The notes under the pieces: model-generated
Database searches by the model: none
What the model was told of the DNA's origin: nothing
What the model saw: only the letters and a program-made list of their open reading frames with translations
From: Gammaproteobacteria bacterium
Lineage (GTDB): Bacteria; Pseudomonadota; Gammaproteobacteria; CBDBNL01; JAAOII01
Reading direction: 5' to 3'
NCBI GenBank assembly: GCA_965209035.1
Contig: OZ242372.1
Span: forward strand, 1,664,001 to 1,728,000
Length of the DNA: 64,000 nucleotides
Program-made: the position numbers and the translations under genes
Shown here: positions 11,426 to 22,776 of the stretch, one piece after another
Layout of the letters: each line of letters begins with the position of its first letter
Position numbering within the stretch: position 1 is the stretch's first letter

Positions 11426-12469
11426 ATGGAGAACATTTTGCCGGCACATAAGACCGAGAATATACATACGCACGGAGATACGGGTGTCAAGGTTTCGCCG
11501 CCCGCTTTTCAACCGGTTAGTATTGCGCCTATGATGCGATATTCCACACCGCAAATGCGTTATTTGTGGCGACAATTATGCAAGGACTGCCTCCTGTATA
11601 CGGAAATGCAACCAAGTGCGGCCCTGGTCGGCGAGCGGGGCAAACAGAGACTCCAATTTCATTCATGTGAAAAACCGCTTGCTTTACAGGTTGCCGGACA
11701 TGACCCGGTCACCTTGGCGCACTGTGCCCGTTTGGCGAGCCGGGCAAATTATGACGAGATTAATTTCAACATGGGTTGCCCCAGCGAAAGTGCTTCGGTC
11801 GGTTGTTTCGGTGCCGCCTTGATGAAAAACAAATCGCTTGCCACAAATTGTGTGCGTTCTATGGTGCGTGCAAGCGATATACCGGTGAGTGTCAAGATGC
11901 GCACCGGGATAGACGAATTGGATGATTTGCAATACTTGGCATCTCTGATCGAAGATCTGGTTGCCGCCGGCACGGCCAAGGTGATCATTCATGCACGCAA
12001 AGCCGTTTTGGGCGGCTTGAGTCCCAAACAAAACAGGACTGTTCCTCCTCTTCAACCGGAGAGAGTGTATGCCCTCAAAAAAATATTCCCGGATACGCCC
12101 ATTATTCTTAACGGTGGCCTGCGGGATATGGACTCGGTGCGGATTGCCTTAAAGCGAACGGACGGCGTGATGATCGGTCGCATTGCCTACGAAGATCCGA
12201 TGTTTCTGGGTGAGCTGGCAAAGAATATTTATGCCAAATCCGCGCGGGTTTCTCGATACGCACTGTTGGAAAAAGTTTTGGATTACGCCAATGAACGATG
12301 GCAACTGGGCGAACCGTTCCATCGCACCGGCAAACATTTACTTAATCTCTATAAAGGCACTCCGGGCGGGAAAGGATTTCGGCGTTACCTGACTCGGCGT
12401 ATGCAACAACAAGACAGGCCGCCTTCTATGGAAGAACTTTCGCCTCACTTGCCGGCTGCCGGACTTTGA
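11426..12469 (+). CDS. dusA: tRNA-dihydrouridine synthase A
   Basis: IAPMM, YTEM, INFNMGCPS, HARKAVLGGLSPKQNRTVPPL (DusA-type). Confidence 0.93.
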   Translation: MENILPAHKTENIHTHGDTGVKVSPPAFQPVSIAPMMRYSTPQMRYLWRQLCKDCLLYTEMQPSAALVGERGKQRLQFHSCEKPLALQVAGHDPVTLAHCARLASRANYDEINFNMGCPSESASVGCFGAALMKNKSLATNCVRSMVRASDIPVSVKMRTGIDELDDLQYLASLIEDLVAAGTAKVIIHARKAVLGGLSPKQNRTVPPLQPERVYALKKIFPDTPIILNGGLRDMDSVRIALKRTDGVMIGRIAYEDPMFLGELAKNIYAKSARVSRYALLEKVLDYANERWQLGEPFHRTGKHLLNLYKGTPGGKGFRRYLTRRMQQQDRPPSMEELSPHLPAAGL

Positions 12470-12471
12470 AA

Positions 12472-12855
12472 TCACTTGCGTTGCAAATGTAACGCGGCCG
12501 AATTAATGCAATATCTTAATCCGGTGGGTTTCGGTCCGTCCGGAAATACATGTCCCAGGTGAGCGTCACACTTTGCACAACAGACCTCTGTTCGCTTCAT
12601 AAACAAACGCGTGTCTTCTTTTTCTTTGATAGCTGCCGGTGCGCCGGGCCGATAAAAACTCGGCCAGCCGGTGCCGGAATCATACTTGGTTGCCGAAGAA
12701 AACAAAGGGGCGGAACAACAGACGCATTCATAGGTGCCGGCATCTTTACAGTTCCAATAGGCACCGCTAAACGGCGGCTCTGTCCCGCCTTTTCGGGTAA
12801 CATTAAATACTTCCGGACTCAGAGTCTCGCGCCATTTTTTCTCGGATTTCTGCAT
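12472..12855 (-). CDS. msrB: Peptide-methionine (R)-S-oxide reductase
   Basis: [30 protein letters not shown]; start set at ATG 12855. Confidence 0.97.
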   Translation of the reverse strand: MQKSEKKWRETLSPEVFNVTRKGGTEPPFSGAYWNCKDAGTYECVCCSAPLFSSATKYDSGTGWPSFYRPGAPAAIKEKEDTRLFMKRTEVCCAKCDAHLGHVFPDGPKPTGLRYCINSAALHLQRK

Positions 12856-12906
12856 ACGATTATTATAATATGGAAGTATGCTATTTGTTTTTTTCAAACT
12901 TAATGT

Positions 12907-13572
12907 ATGCCGGCGGGCGTAGGCATGACATCGGCACGCACTCGCGTCCGTTTGATTGACAGTCTGCGCCGTCTGGGTATTGCCAACGAGGAGATCTTAA
13001 GTGCCATGTCCGAATTGCCGCGCCATGTTTTTGTGGAAGATGCCATTCACGACAGAGCCTATGAGAACATCCCGCTTCCAATCGGGCACGGTCAGACCAT
13101 CTCACAACCCTATACGGTGGCACGGATGACAGAAATTCTGTTGGCGGGGATTGAAAGTGTCGGCGGTGAGCGCAACAAAGTATTGGAGGTCGGCTGCGGC
13201 TGCGGTTACCAGGCGGCCTTGTTATCTTATTTTTTTAAGGAAGTTTATGCGATAGAGCGTATTGTCTTCTTATTGGAAAAAGCAAGGAAACATTTTCAAT
13301 TTTTGAAGTTATCCAATATATATACCAACTATGCGGACGGGAACCTTGGCTGGGTATCCGCGGCACCGTTTGACGGTGTGATGATTTCCGCCGCAACCGG
13401 AGTTTTTCCGAATATGTTACTCGGGCAAATGCGGGAGCAATCCGCGGCGGTATTCCCGTTCGGCGAAAAGTCCCGTCAGAAGATTCGCCTTTTAACGCGC
13501 GCAGGCGAGCAACAACAAACAAATGATTATGACGGGGTCTTATTTGTCCCGCTACTTCCGGGTAAGGAATAA
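12907..13572 (+). CDS. pcm: Protein-L-isoaspartate O-methyltransferase
   Basis: [36 protein letters not shown]. Confidence 0.96.
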   Translation: MPAGVGMTSARTRVRLIDSLRRLGIANEEILSAMSELPRHVFVEDAIHDRAYENIPLPIGHGQTISQPYTVARMTEILLAGIESVGGERNKVLEVGCGCGYQAALLSYFFKEVYAIERIVFLLEKARKHFQFLKLSNIYTNYADGNLGWVSAAPFDGVMISAATGVFPNMLLGQMREQSAAVFPFGEKSRQKIRLLTRAGEQQQTNDYDGVLFVPLLPGKE

Positions 13573-13583
13573 CAAACGGGCGC

Positions 13584-14444
13584 GTGAAAAAAAACACACT
13601 TTTGTATGTCAAAGGGATTTTTATCGGTTTGGCGGACCTGGTCCCGGGGGTTTCCGGCGGCACAATTGCGTTACTAACCGGAATCTATCCCAGATTGATC
13701 GGTGCCTTGGCAAAAGCGGATCTGTTTTTGCCGCTCTCGCTGTTTTCCGCGGATAAGCGAAAATATTATGATGTTTCCTTTTTACTCTTAATTGGATTGG
13801 GGGTCATCACCGGAATTCTGGGGGGTGTCGGATTAATGCATTATCTTCTGCAAAACTTCTCACCGCCGCTGTTCGCTTTTTTTGGCGGTCTGATTTTGGC
13901 CGCTTTGGTAACGGGTGTGCCGCGAGTTTTGAAGAAAAGTCGTTTTATGTTTGTCTTGGGTCTGGTGGCGGGGATCGGCTTTTCTTTTGCCGTTGGCGTA
14001 TCTTTGGGGTTTCAACCCGTTTTTATTTTTTTGGCGGGAATGCTGGCTGCCTGTGTTATGTTGTTGCCGGGGATTTCCGGAAGTTTTGTGCTTCTTTTAC
14101 TGGGTATATATCGCCCCTTGATAGCAGCGGTTGCCGGTTTTGATTGGATGATCATCTTTGTTTTTGCGGCCGGGGTTCTGCTGGGTATTTTGTCATTTAG
14201 CCGGATCTTGAATGTCCTCATTGCCAGGTATCGGGCGAATACCATGGCGTTGATGCTCGGACTAATGGGCGGCGCCTTGCCGCGTCTCTGGCCCTGGCAA
14301 GCGGAACAAGGGGGAGAGTACTCACTTTTATTGCCGGATTATTATGAGAGTGTTCTTCAACAGCCCGCGTATGTTGTTCCAAGCATTGTTACTTTTTTGT
14401 GCGGTATGCTGGTATTATTTTTTATGGGAAGAAGCGCCGGATGA
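13584..14444 (+). CDS. DUF368 membrane protein (undecaprenyl-phosphate translocase family)
   Basis: GLADLVPGVSGGTIA and MLLPGISGS motifs. Confidence 0.9.
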   Translation: MKKNTLLYVKGIFIGLADLVPGVSGGTIALLTGIYPRLIGALAKADLFLPLSLFSADKRKYYDVSFLLLIGLGVITGILGGVGLMHYLLQNFSPPLFAFFGGLILAALVTGVPRVLKKSRFMFVLGLVAGIGFSFAVGVSLGFQPVFIFLAGMLAACVMLLPGISGSFVLLLLGIYRPLIAAVAGFDWMIIFVFAAGVLLGILSFSRILNVLIARYRANTMALMLGLMGGALPRLWPWQAEQGGEYSLLLPDYYESVLQQPAYVVPSIVTFLCGMLVLFFMGRSAG

Positions 14445-15151
14445 AACGATTACTTTTTTCTTTTCTCGGGTGCTCGATGTTTTTGATATCCTGTGCCGCC
14501 ACAACCGAAACAGAAACTGTGACCGAAGACAATGTGCGTATTGTCCGGTTAACCCAACCGCCGCGCCCGGCAAAAGAAGTTTCCCGTCCTTTGACACATC
14601 GTGTGAAAAAAAATGAAAATTTGTTTAACATTGCCCGCAAGTATCAATTGGATTATCGCAATCTGGCGGAATGGAATAACATCGAAGGCAATTATGTGAT
14701 CTCGCCGGGACAGGAACTGGTATTGCATCCGAAAAATTCCGAGCACTCCTCGGCGACAGCCCCGGCAGTCGCAGCACCTGCTGCCGCACAACCCGCCCGC
14801 ACATGGCCGGTCAAAGGAACGCCGCGTTACACAAAGAGCGGGGACGGAAAAGGATTATTGTTCCAAACAGGCACTTCCGGTGAAATACTGGCTGCTTTGG
14901 ACGGCTCGGTGGCGTATGTCGGCGACGAACTGGCGGAATACGGAATGATGATTCTTCTGAGTCATGCCGACGGTGTGCTAACCGCTTATGCCCAAAATGT
15001 CCAACCGCTGGTGCGGGAAGGGCAAACCGTTAAGGCCGGCACCAAAATTGCCACGGCGAGTGCAAATAACAAAGGAATTCGTGTCTTTTACTTTGAGGTG
15101 AGAAAATCCGGCAAGGTAGTGAGTGCGACGACTATTCTCCCGAAATCCTAA
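14441..15151 (+). CDS. nlpD: LysM/M23 lipoprotein NlpD
   Basis: Lipobox LISC, LysM (HRVKKNENLFNIAR), degenerate M23 domain, position after pcm. Confidence 0.85.
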   Translation: MKRLLFSFLGCSMFLISCAATTETETVTEDNVRIVRLTQPPRPAKEVSRPLTHRVKKNENLFNIARKYQLDYRNLAEWNNIEGNYVISPGQELVLHPKNSEHSSATAPAVAAPAAAQPARTWPVKGTPRYTKSGDGKGLLFQTGTSGEILAALDGSVAYVGDELAEYGMMILLSHADGVLTAYAQNVQPLVREGQTVKAGTKIATASANNKGIRVFYFEVRKSGKVVSATTILPKS

Positions 15152-15166
15152 CCGCATTTTTTGCCT

Positions 15167-18100
15167 TTAAGGCAAAATATCTCGCAAGCGACTTTTTATA
15201 TCCAGGGCTCTTTCGGAGAGTTCATCCGGCGACAGTCCCCCGCCGCTCAGATCTCCTATGCGCACCAACTTAACTTCCGGATTTGTAATATTCCCGGTGA
15301 CGCGATAATTGGCACTGCTAAACTGGTTGATAAAATCGTTGCCCCCGGAAAACTGCAAGGATAAGAGCAGGGGCAACGCGCTGGAAGCCCCGAGAAGGAG
15401 GGCGGAGATCGGCAGTGTTTGCGCGATGGAAGGTGTGATTACCGCCAAGTAGTCCACCTCCTTGCTTTTGATGACATAGGAACCTTCCATTCTCATATCA
15501 CCGAAACTAAAACGCGCATACCATTCCGGGTCTGTGTTGATGGTGCCATTTGCAAGTCCGAGGCGAATAATCAGATCTTTAAAACGGATATTTTCGGCGG
15601 ACAGGTCGCGAAAGTCTCCCCTAAAACGGTCGGCAAGGTTCCCGATATTGAGCAAACTGAGCATATTATTGATCAAGCGAGAGCGGGTGCCTTTAAATTC
15701 GCCCTCATCGATCTCAAGAAAGATATTCCCTTTGGCTGTCTGTGACCATCGGGAGAAGTGTCGGTTCGGTCCTTCCCAAACCAGGTTCGCGGAAAGGGAC
15801 AGTTGTTTCGCACCGATCACCCCGAGAGCATCAGTGGAGAGATCCCCCTCAATTTTTAGAATTGCTTCCAAAAGACTTTCGGTTTCCGTTGTGATTTGCC
15901 AGTTCATCTTAACATCCGCCGGCAAGGTTAGCAAGTCACCACTGTCCGAAACGGCCGTCATTTTATCCGGAGCAAAGGATACATTTAAGACAAGAGCCCC
16001 AATCTTTTTTCCATCCAGAAGGATGCTGTTCATAGTGATCCGTGTCTCCGGCATTCCCTCAAAGGAAACTCTGTCAGGCAAGGAGACGGAAGATCCGCCG
16101 TTATTCAAACTCGTCCCGTTAATATGAAGTTCGTCTGTCGCGACGAAGAGATATCCGTCTTTGAAGGTGACGGTTCCTCGGCTGCCGCCCGCTTCAAAAG
16201 TAAAAACATCTTTCATTGTTTGTCGCAAATTCAGATTGCGATAAACCCCGTTACCGATTATTACCGAATGTGCGCGCAGATCCAAGTAAGAATAGTCCGC
16301 ATACAGACCGCGCACAAAATTTAAACTATCCGCGGGATACAGAGTTTGTTGTTCCGGCCAGGGTAAGAATTTTTGCCATTTGGTCAAGTTAACCGGTGCG
16401 CGAATATCGGCAGTCAGCCCCAAGGGAACGGATCGCAATTCTTTGGGTAACTCGGGCCCATTTTTAGCCGCCGGACGACGCAGACTGACCGAGGCGATAT
16501 TTTTTGCGGTTAGACTCGTTATTTCTGTGTTTGCTGCGCGCAATATTTCCAAATGTGTCGGTATGCGCTCTTTCTCGGTTTTTGCGAGAGGGGCGGGCAG
16601 ATCAATTGCGATTCCTTTAAAATCTGTTCCAACTCCCAATCTGTTGAACCGCCAGCTGCCTTTTGCCGCCGTATGTGCGTCAATCGTTACCGCCGTTTTT
16701 CCGTGAAACAAATTCGTCAATTGAGCGGGCACAAAATTTTCCGGATTAAAGGCGGTATTCAACCGCAAGAAATTTTTGTTTTTACCGGTCACAAAAGATC
16801 CGGTAAGGGGAGAACCATCGTATTCCCCGTGCAGAGAACCAACGAAACCGCCCGATTGGGAAAAACCCAGAGTCCCGTTAAGGTTTTCGACGGCGGTCTT
16901 AATCTCCGGATGATAAAGACTTTGAATATCAAATGTTGTATTAAGGGCGAGCCCTTTGAGTTGCCGATCTCGGATATTATAATCAAATCCCCATTCACCG
17001 GTTATATCGCCTTCGGCTTTTAGCGGGTGCCCCCTTGCGCCGTCCGGCGACTTAAAAATGTGTTGATTCATCATACTCGCCAAGAAGTTTCCTTGCAGAT
17101 CTCCCATCCCCAGGATACTCAGAACGGCTGTATTGGTATTCATTTTTGTCCGGGCAAAGTCTGCCCGTATTTCTTTTTCGGCGGTTACGCCTTGTTGCTG
17201 AATAATGTCCAGATATTGCCGGTCCATAAACAGGATTGTTTCATTCGCGCGCAGATCGGCAAAATTGTTATCATACCGAAAAAGTATGTTATCCGCGTTT
17301 AGTCCCAATTCAAATATGTTTTGCGAACTTTCCGGCACCCGAACATCCGTTTTTAATAGAAAGCCGGCTTGGCGAACCGTACCATTTACCAGGGCATCAC
17401 CCAGCCAGGCGCGCGTGTTCGGATTGATAAGCAGCCAAGGGATATAGGATTTTGTTTGTGGCATGGATGCGTTTTCAACACCGACCGCAAGTTCCAAATA
17501 ACCGTGTTTGCCAAACACGGACTCCAATTTCAGTTCCACCGAAGCCCGCTGTTGTTTGTTACGGACATCTTTGAAACTGCCCGCCAACAAGAGAAGGTTC
17601 GGTGGCAACCACTCCCAAGCCAAATGCCCGTCAATGCGGCTAAATACAAGAGGCTCGGGATATATGCCGGAAATAAAAATTCCGCTGTCTTGGGCGTCCA
17701 TAGCAAGGGTGCCGCTGTTGCCCGAGATGCTTAAATAGCCGCTGATCCCAAAGCCGCCGGGCGAAGGTTTGAGCGGACGGACGGATACATTGTCCAACCA
17801 ACCTCGGATCTGCAGGCGTTGATGGGCGGGAGCATCCGAGTCAAAACGGATTTCCACATCCGAAAGATATCCGTGCGGTTCCAGAGCGGTCAGATTGCCT
17901 TTTTGTTGCGGGTTTGAAAGAAAATTATTTGCCATGTCTGACAATTGTTCCAGGTTCGCGCGTTTTGTCTTCATTAAATACATAGGCCCTTCTTTTTTGA
18001 TTTGCGTGGCGGGCATTGTATGTGCGTGTTTTCCCGACGAGTATTGCAGATCATTAAGCCACAGATCCCAATTCTTTGTCGGCAGATGATAATCCCAGCG

Positions 18101-18955
18101 ACTTTGAAAGGTTAGGTTGGTTATTTCGGTATCATCTTGAAGCAAGAGTTGCCGAATATGGATATCCGTAAAAATTTGTATTTTTTTATTTTGCGAATTC
18201 TCCGTTATCCAAAGTTTTCCCGTTCCCGTAAAACCGGTAATAGTATCCGCATGGCGTGCCGTCTCGTCCGGCAAGTTTAACTCTTGAATCATATGCTGCC
18301 AGCCCGGCCGAAACTCTACTGTTTCAATATCCGCCAAGATGCCTTTGCCGGGAGACAGGTCAATGTGAACTTTTGCGGTCATCCGATCTTGCCAGTATGC
18401 GGTTGCAAAGGTGTGCAATCGTATATTCCCGGAATTCACGGAAAACGCCCCGTCCTTAACCCAAAAGACTATTCCGCCGGTCTCTTCGGTTACAAAAGAC
18501 AGATCCCGGAAATACCCGGCAAGGTTTAGGTTTGCCGGTAAGGTAATCCCGTTGTTTGTATTTTGATTGGATTTGCCGGTAACCCTGCCGCCGATAATTT
18601 CAAACTGTGTTGTCGGGGTTCCAAACAGATGGCCCAACGGGTTATACATGACCCGGATATTATCCGCTCGCAAAAAAACACTGTTTTCCGGGTTTTTCCA
18701 GTGCACTTCGTGCAAACCGACAAAGGGGCCGAAATAAGACCAACCCATGTCCGCGTAAGTTGCCCGAAGTTCTGTCCGAATATTGGTTGCCAAAGACCGC
18801 ATGAGCAAGTTTTGATAGTAAGGAGAATCCGAAAGCACGGAAGAGGCGATTTGAAATAATAAGATGACACACACGATGAAAACCGCAAGTGTGTATAACA
18901 ATACTTCCGTCCCCTTGGTAAGGAAGAGCGTCAATCGCTCCGTTCGCTTGCCCAC
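15167..18955 (-). CDS. yhdP: AsmA-like phospholipid transport protein YhdP (divergent)
   Basis: 1262 aa, N-terminal TM anchor, C-terminal YRVTGNITNPEV motif, downstream of mreD. Confidence 0.8.
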   Translation of the reverse strand: MGKRTERLTLFLTKGTEVLLYTLAVFIVCVILLFQIASSVLSDSPYYQNLLMRSLATNIRTELRATYADMGWSYFGPFVGLHEVHWKNPENSVFLRADNIRVMYNPLGHLFGTPTTQFEIIGGRVTGKSNQNTNNGITLPANLNLAGYFRDLSFVTEETGGIVFWVKDGAFSVNSGNIRLHTFATAYWQDRMTAKVHIDLSPGKGILADIETVEFRPGWQHMIQELNLPDETARHADTITGFTGTGKLWITENSQNKKIQIFTDIHIRQLLLQDDTEITNLTFQSRWDYHLPTKNWDLWLNDLQYSSGKHAHTMPATQIKKEGPMYLMKTKRANLEQLSDMANNFLSNPQQKGNLTALEPHGYLSDVEIRFDSDAPAHQRLQIRGWLDNVSVRPLKPSPGGFGISGYLSISGNSGTLAMDAQDSGIFISGIYPEPLVFSRIDGHLAWEWLPPNLLLLAGSFKDVRNKQQRASVELKLESVFGKHGYLELAVGVENASMPQTKSYIPWLLINPNTRAWLGDALVNGTVRQAGFLLKTDVRVPESSQNIFELGLNADNILFRYDNNFADLRANETILFMDRQYLDIIQQQGVTAEKEIRADFARTKMNTNTAVLSILGMGDLQGNFLASMMNQHIFKSPDGARGHPLKAEGDITGEWGFDYNIRDRQLKGLALNTTFDIQSLYHPEIKTAVENLNGTLGFSQSGGFVGSLHGEYDGSPLTGSFVTGKNKNFLRLNTAFNPENFVPAQLTNLFHGKTAVTIDAHTAAKGSWRFNRLGVGTDFKGIAIDLPAPLAKTEKERIPTHLEILRAANTEITSLTAKNIASVSLRRPAAKNGPELPKELRSVPLGLTADIRAPVNLTKWQKFLPWPEQQTLYPADSLNFVRGLYADYSYLDLRAHSVIIGNGVYRNLNLRQTMKDVFTFEAGGSRGTVTFKDGYLFVATDELHINGTSLNNGGSSVSLPDRVSFEGMPETRITMNSILLDGKKIGALVLNVSFAPDKMTAVSDSGDLLTLPADVKMNWQITTETESLLEAILKIEGDLSTDALGVIGAKQLSLSANLVWEGPNRHFSRWSQTAKGNIFLEIDEGEFKGTRSRLINNMLSLLNIGNLADRFRGDFRDLSAENIRFKDLIIRLGLANGTINTDPEWYARFSFGDMRMEGSYVIKSKEVDYLAVITPSIAQTLPISALLLGASSALPLLLSLQFSGGNDFINQFSSANYRVTGNITNPEVKLVRIGDLSGGGLSPDELSERALDIKSRLRDILP

Positions 18956-19004
18956 TTTATTTACGGATATTTATGTGTGTCTGTGTATTGGCTGCTCGTT
19001 TTGC

Positions 19005-19478
19005 TTAGACTTGTAATTTTTCCATTCGGGCGGTCAGAACGAACCATATCAGTGTTCCGCTCAGAGCACCGCCAAGAGCCGCGGGTAACCAGATATGCCA
19101 CAAGGTAAAATTAGTTGCCGTAAAAGCGGAGATGCCTCTGTACAAAAACAGGACGGTTGCAATCAGCATCAGTTTTCCCGGAAGTCGCATTTTAGTTAAA
19201 CCGTCAAACGAAAAATGAATTAAGAATACTGAGAAGACAAACATCAGAGCGTTCTTACCGAGAGGGTCGCCGGACCATACATCCGTCAATAGCCCCCAGA
19301 TCCAAGCCAGTCCCACATTGAAAAAACTCGGGTAATAGATCGTAAAGAAGAGTAAGAACACTAAAATCCACGGCGGGGCAAGCCATTGCCAGGTCCCCCA
19401 TGCGGGGTTGATCGCATTCAATAACATTGCGGCGATCATACAAAGAAAGGTGTATATTCCAACCGACCATCGGTTCAT
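19005..19478 (-). CDS. mreD: Rod shape-determining protein MreD
   Basis: Hydrophobic, VGLAWIWGLLTD..G..LG motif, operon position. Confidence 0.9.
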   Translation of the reverse strand: MNRWSVGIYTFLCMIAAMLLNAINPAWGTWQWLAPPWILVFLLFFTIYYPSFFNVGLAWIWGLLTDVWSGDPLGKNALMFVFSVFLIHFSFDGLTKMRLPGKLMLIATVLFLYRGISAFTATNFTLWHIWLPAALGGALSGTLIWFVLTARMEKLQV

Positions 19479-20329
19479 TGTTCTTGTTCTTCCCCCCCGG
19501 TATGGTCCTGTTTGTAAATCAGAACAAAAGAAAGTATATGGGGTCTGATCATCGGGCGGGCCCGCACTTCAAAAAAAGATCTGTCCGCCCGTTGGCGGAC
19601 TTTTAATATCTTCGCAACCGGCCATCCGGCGGGAAATCTCCTCCCCAGACCCGATGTTACCAACAGGTCCCCCGTTGCGGCATCTATGTGACTGCTAACA
19701 TCTTTTGAATAAAGAGATTGCAGGTTACCTTCGCCGTTGAGAATGAACCTGTTCCTGTTGCGCCGCACCATTACGGGTGTGGCATGGCGTGTGTCGGTAA
19801 TGAGCAGCACGCGAGATGTGACAAGTCCGACCGAAATGATTTGTCCCGCCAGCCCGTCTTTGGCGAGCACCGGCATGCCGACACGAATACCGTGCAAGTT
19901 TCCTTTATCCAATATCATTTGTTGATTATTTATGGTCAGTTCTTCGCCAATGATTCTGGCGGCAGTGTAGTTCTTTGAATTTGAGGCGAAGGAAAGTATA
20001 TTCCGCAATCGGCGTTCTTCTTCAATGAATCTTTGAGTATGCCACAACTCTTGTTGTAAAAACAGAACCTGTTCTTTTAGTTGGTTCAGTTGGTTGTTTT
20101 GGTTGTCGGTAAAAATGAAACTTTCTTTGATTCTTTGATGCTGCCGGACACCGAAATCCAACGCCAAGTAAACGGGAGACAGAATATAGTTAAGTGATTG
20201 GCGTATGATTTTTGTTTGTTCCAATCGGTCTTCAAACAGAAGCAGTAAAACGGACAAAAATGTAAAAAATAAAGTCCGATAAAGGATGTTTACATTTCTT
20301 CGACTACCGAAGGAGTTGGTGGCTATCAA
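19475..20329 (-). CDS. mreC: Rod shape-determining protein MreC
   Basis: TM plus coiled coil, LDKG..HG, LLITD, VTSGLG.RFP.G.PVA. Confidence 0.95.
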   Translation of the reverse strand: MIATNSFGSRRNVNILYRTLFFTFLSVLLLLFEDRLEQTKIIRQSLNYILSPVYLALDFGVRQHQRIKESFIFTDNQNNQLNQLKEQVLFLQQELWHTQRFIEEERRLRNILSFASNSKNYTAARIIGEELTINNQQMILDKGNLHGIRVGMPVLAKDGLAGQIISVGLVTSRVLLITDTRHATPVMVRRNRNRFILNGEGNLQSLYSKDVSSHIDAATGDLLVTSGLGRRFPAGWPVAKILKVRQRADRSFFEVRARPMIRPHILSFVLIYKQDHTGGEEQEQ

Positions 20330-21375
20330 TTATCGGCGGAGAAGAGCAATTCAAAACTTTCTTTTTTGTTGATCAGATTAAGAGCCAGGCCGCCGCCGCG
20401 GACCACACAAGTTAAGGGGTCTTCCGCCACGATGACCGGAATGCCGAGTTCCTCGGCAAAAAGTTTGTCAATGTTACGCAAAAGTGCGCCGCCGCCGGTA
20501 AGCACCATGCCTTTTTCCGCAACATCGGAAGCCAGTTCCGGCGGGACATTTTCCAATGTCAGTTTGGCTTCCTCCACCATGCTGGACAGAGGTTCGTTAA
20601 GGGCTTCAAATACTTGTTGACTGTTCAAGGTGATATTGCGCGGAACGCCTTCCGCGAGAATGCGTCCGCGAATTTGTATTTCCATGGTTTCCTTCGGGTT
20701 GGGATAGGCGGTACCCACCTCAAACTTGATTTTTTCCGCGGTGACCTCGCCGATTAGGCAACCGTATTTTCGCTTAACATAAGAAATGATGTGTTCGTCA
20801 AACTTGTCTCCGCCCACTCGGATAGAATTGGAAAAAACCGCCCCGCCCAGCGACAAAACCGCTATTTCGGTAGTGCCACCGCCGATATCCATGACCATGG
20901 AACCGGTGGCATCTTCAATGGGCAGTCCCGCGCCTATGGCGGCCGCCAGAGGTTCTTCCACCAGAAATACCTCGCGCGCACCGGCACCATACACGGACTC
21001 CTTAATTGCCCGTCTTTCCACCTGGGTTGCCTTGCAAGGCACACAAATTAAAACACGCGGGCTGGGCTTGATAAAATTGTTTTTATGTACCTTGCCAATA
21101 AAATACTGCAGCATTTTTTCGGTCACATGAAAATCCGCAATCACACCGTCTCGTAACGGACGGATGGCTTTGATATTTTCCGGGGTGCGTCCCAGCATTT
21201 TTTTGGCTTCCTTGCCAACCGCCACGACGGTTCGATGATTTCCGTTTTCGCGTATGGCTACAACGGACGGCTCGTCCAGAACAATGCCGTGATCGCTGAT
21301 GTAAATAAGAGTGTTGGCGGTTCCAAGATCTACCGAAAGATCGCTGGAAAACATGCCTCTAAATTGTTTTAGCAT
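20326..21375 (-). CDS. mreB: Actin-like MreB
   Basis: [27 protein letters not shown]. Confidence 0.99.
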   Translation of the reverse strand: MLKQFRGMFSSDLSVDLGTANTLIYISDHGIVLDEPSVVAIRENGNHRTVVAVGKEAKKMLGRTPENIKAIRPLRDGVIADFHVTEKMLQYFIGKVHKNNFIKPSPRVLICVPCKATQVERRAIKESVYGAGAREVFLVEEPLAAAIGAGLPIEDATGSMVMDIGGGTTEIAVLSLGGAVFSNSIRVGGDKFDEHIISYVKRKYGCLIGEVTAEKIKFEVGTAYPNPKETMEIQIRGRILAEGVPRNITLNSQQVFEALNEPLSSMVEEAKLTLENVPPELASDVAEKGMVLTGGGALLRNIDKLFAEELGIPVIVAEDPLTCVVRGGGLALNLINKKESFELLFSADN

Positions 21376-21601
21376 TATTAATGATGGGTGTTCCGATAAT
21401 GTTATTTTATAATGATTACTTACTATTTTATATTAAAACCCGCCGTCAATTTGCCCTTACCCCCGGATGATTATGCAATAAGGCAAAAATTGGCGGGGAG
21501 GAGAGAATCGCATAGGAGGAATACGAATAGGATGAATAGAAGCGACCCCGGTTTTTGGTGCCCCGCCGGACCTTTTTAATCCCCGACGAACGGACAAACG
21601 A

Positions 21602-22723
21602 ATGACAGAACTTTTTCAACTATCCGGAACGGACGGCAAGGCTCGTTTTGGCTTGCTGCATCTCCCGCACGGTCGGGTGGAAACTCCCGTATTTATGCCG
21701 GTGGCTACAGCCGCGGCACTTAAGGGGGTCTTTCCGCGCGATGCCGCTTGCAGTGGCGTTTCCATACTTCTTGCAAATACCTTTCATCTTATGCTGCGTC
21801 CCGGAACCGATTTGGTTAAATCTTTTGGCGGACTGCATGGTTTCATGAGCTGGCAAAAACCCATTTTGACCGATTCCGGCGGCTACCAGGTCTTTAGCCT
21901 GAAGGAACTCCGGACGCTTACCGAAAGCGGGGTAACCTTCCGCTCTCCTTTGGACGGTTCTTCCTTGTTCTTGTCACCGGAAATTGCCACACAGGCCCAG
22001 TTGGATTTGGGCGCCGATATTGTGATGTGTCTTGACGAGTGCACACCTTATCCGGCGACCCAAGATCAGGCTGCAACTTCCATGCGCCTTTCATTGAGAT
22101 GGGCAAAGAGTTGTCGCGCCGTTTGGCAAAAAGAGACGCCCGAAGCACTCGGCGGTCGCGCCCTGTTTGGCATAGTGCAAGGAGGCATGTATTTAAGCTT
22201 GCGCCGTATTTGTTTGGAAAAGCTAACCGAGATCGGCTTTGAGGGTTATGCTCTCGGCGGGTTGTCTGTCGGCGAACCTGCCGAAGACAGGTTGCGAGTT
22301 CTTGAAGGCATCGTGCCTGACATGCCGGTTGAAAAACCGCGATATCTGATGGGAGTCGGCACCCCCTCGGATATTGTTGAAGCGGTTTGTCGGGGGATAG
22401 ATATGTTTGATTGTGTGTTGCCGACACGTAATGCCCGTAACGGGCAACTGTTTACCGCACGCGGGAAATTAAACTTACGCAATGCCGCTTTTAAAGGTCA
22501 AAATCTGCCGCCGGATGAAGATTGTGCGTGTTATTGCTGTCGCAATTTTAGCCTGGGCTACTTGCATCATCTTTTTCGTTGCAAGGAGATGCTCGGTCCC
22601 CAACTGGCGAGCCTGCATAATATTTTTTATTACCGGAATCTGTTGTTTTGCTTGCGCGCGGCAATAAAAAATGGTAAATTAAATATGTTTGTAAAAGATT
22701 TTTATAATAATCTATTACAATAA
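21602..22723 (+). CDS. tgt: tRNA-guanine transglycosylase
   Basis: TPVFMPV, DSGGYQVFSL, DMFDCVLPTRNARNG, C-x-C-x2-C Zn site. Confidence 0.98.
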   Translation: MTELFQLSGTDGKARFGLLHLPHGRVETPVFMPVATAAALKGVFPRDAACSGVSILLANTFHLMLRPGTDLVKSFGGLHGFMSWQKPILTDSGGYQVFSLKELRTLTESGVTFRSPLDGSSLFLSPEIATQAQLDLGADIVMCLDECTPYPATQDQAATSMRLSLRWAKSCRAVWQKETPEALGGRALFGIVQGGMYLSLRRICLEKLTEIGFEGYALGGLSVGEPAEDRLRVLEGIVPDMPVEKPRYLMGVGTPSDIVEAVCRGIDMFDCVLPTRNARNGQLFTARGKLNLRNAAFKGQNLPPDEDCACYCCRNFSLGYLHHLFRCKEMLGPQLASLHNIFYYRNLLFCLRAAIKNGKLNMFVKDFYNNLLQ

Positions 22724-22776
22724 TAAAACACATAAATTATATTAAGTATTAACAACAATTAAAATTCAAAAATTCA

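Noticed and set aside
21439-21497. Imperfect inverted repeat between mreB and tgt as an ncRNA
   Set aside because: Bulged stem with no recognisable family features; insufficient evidence
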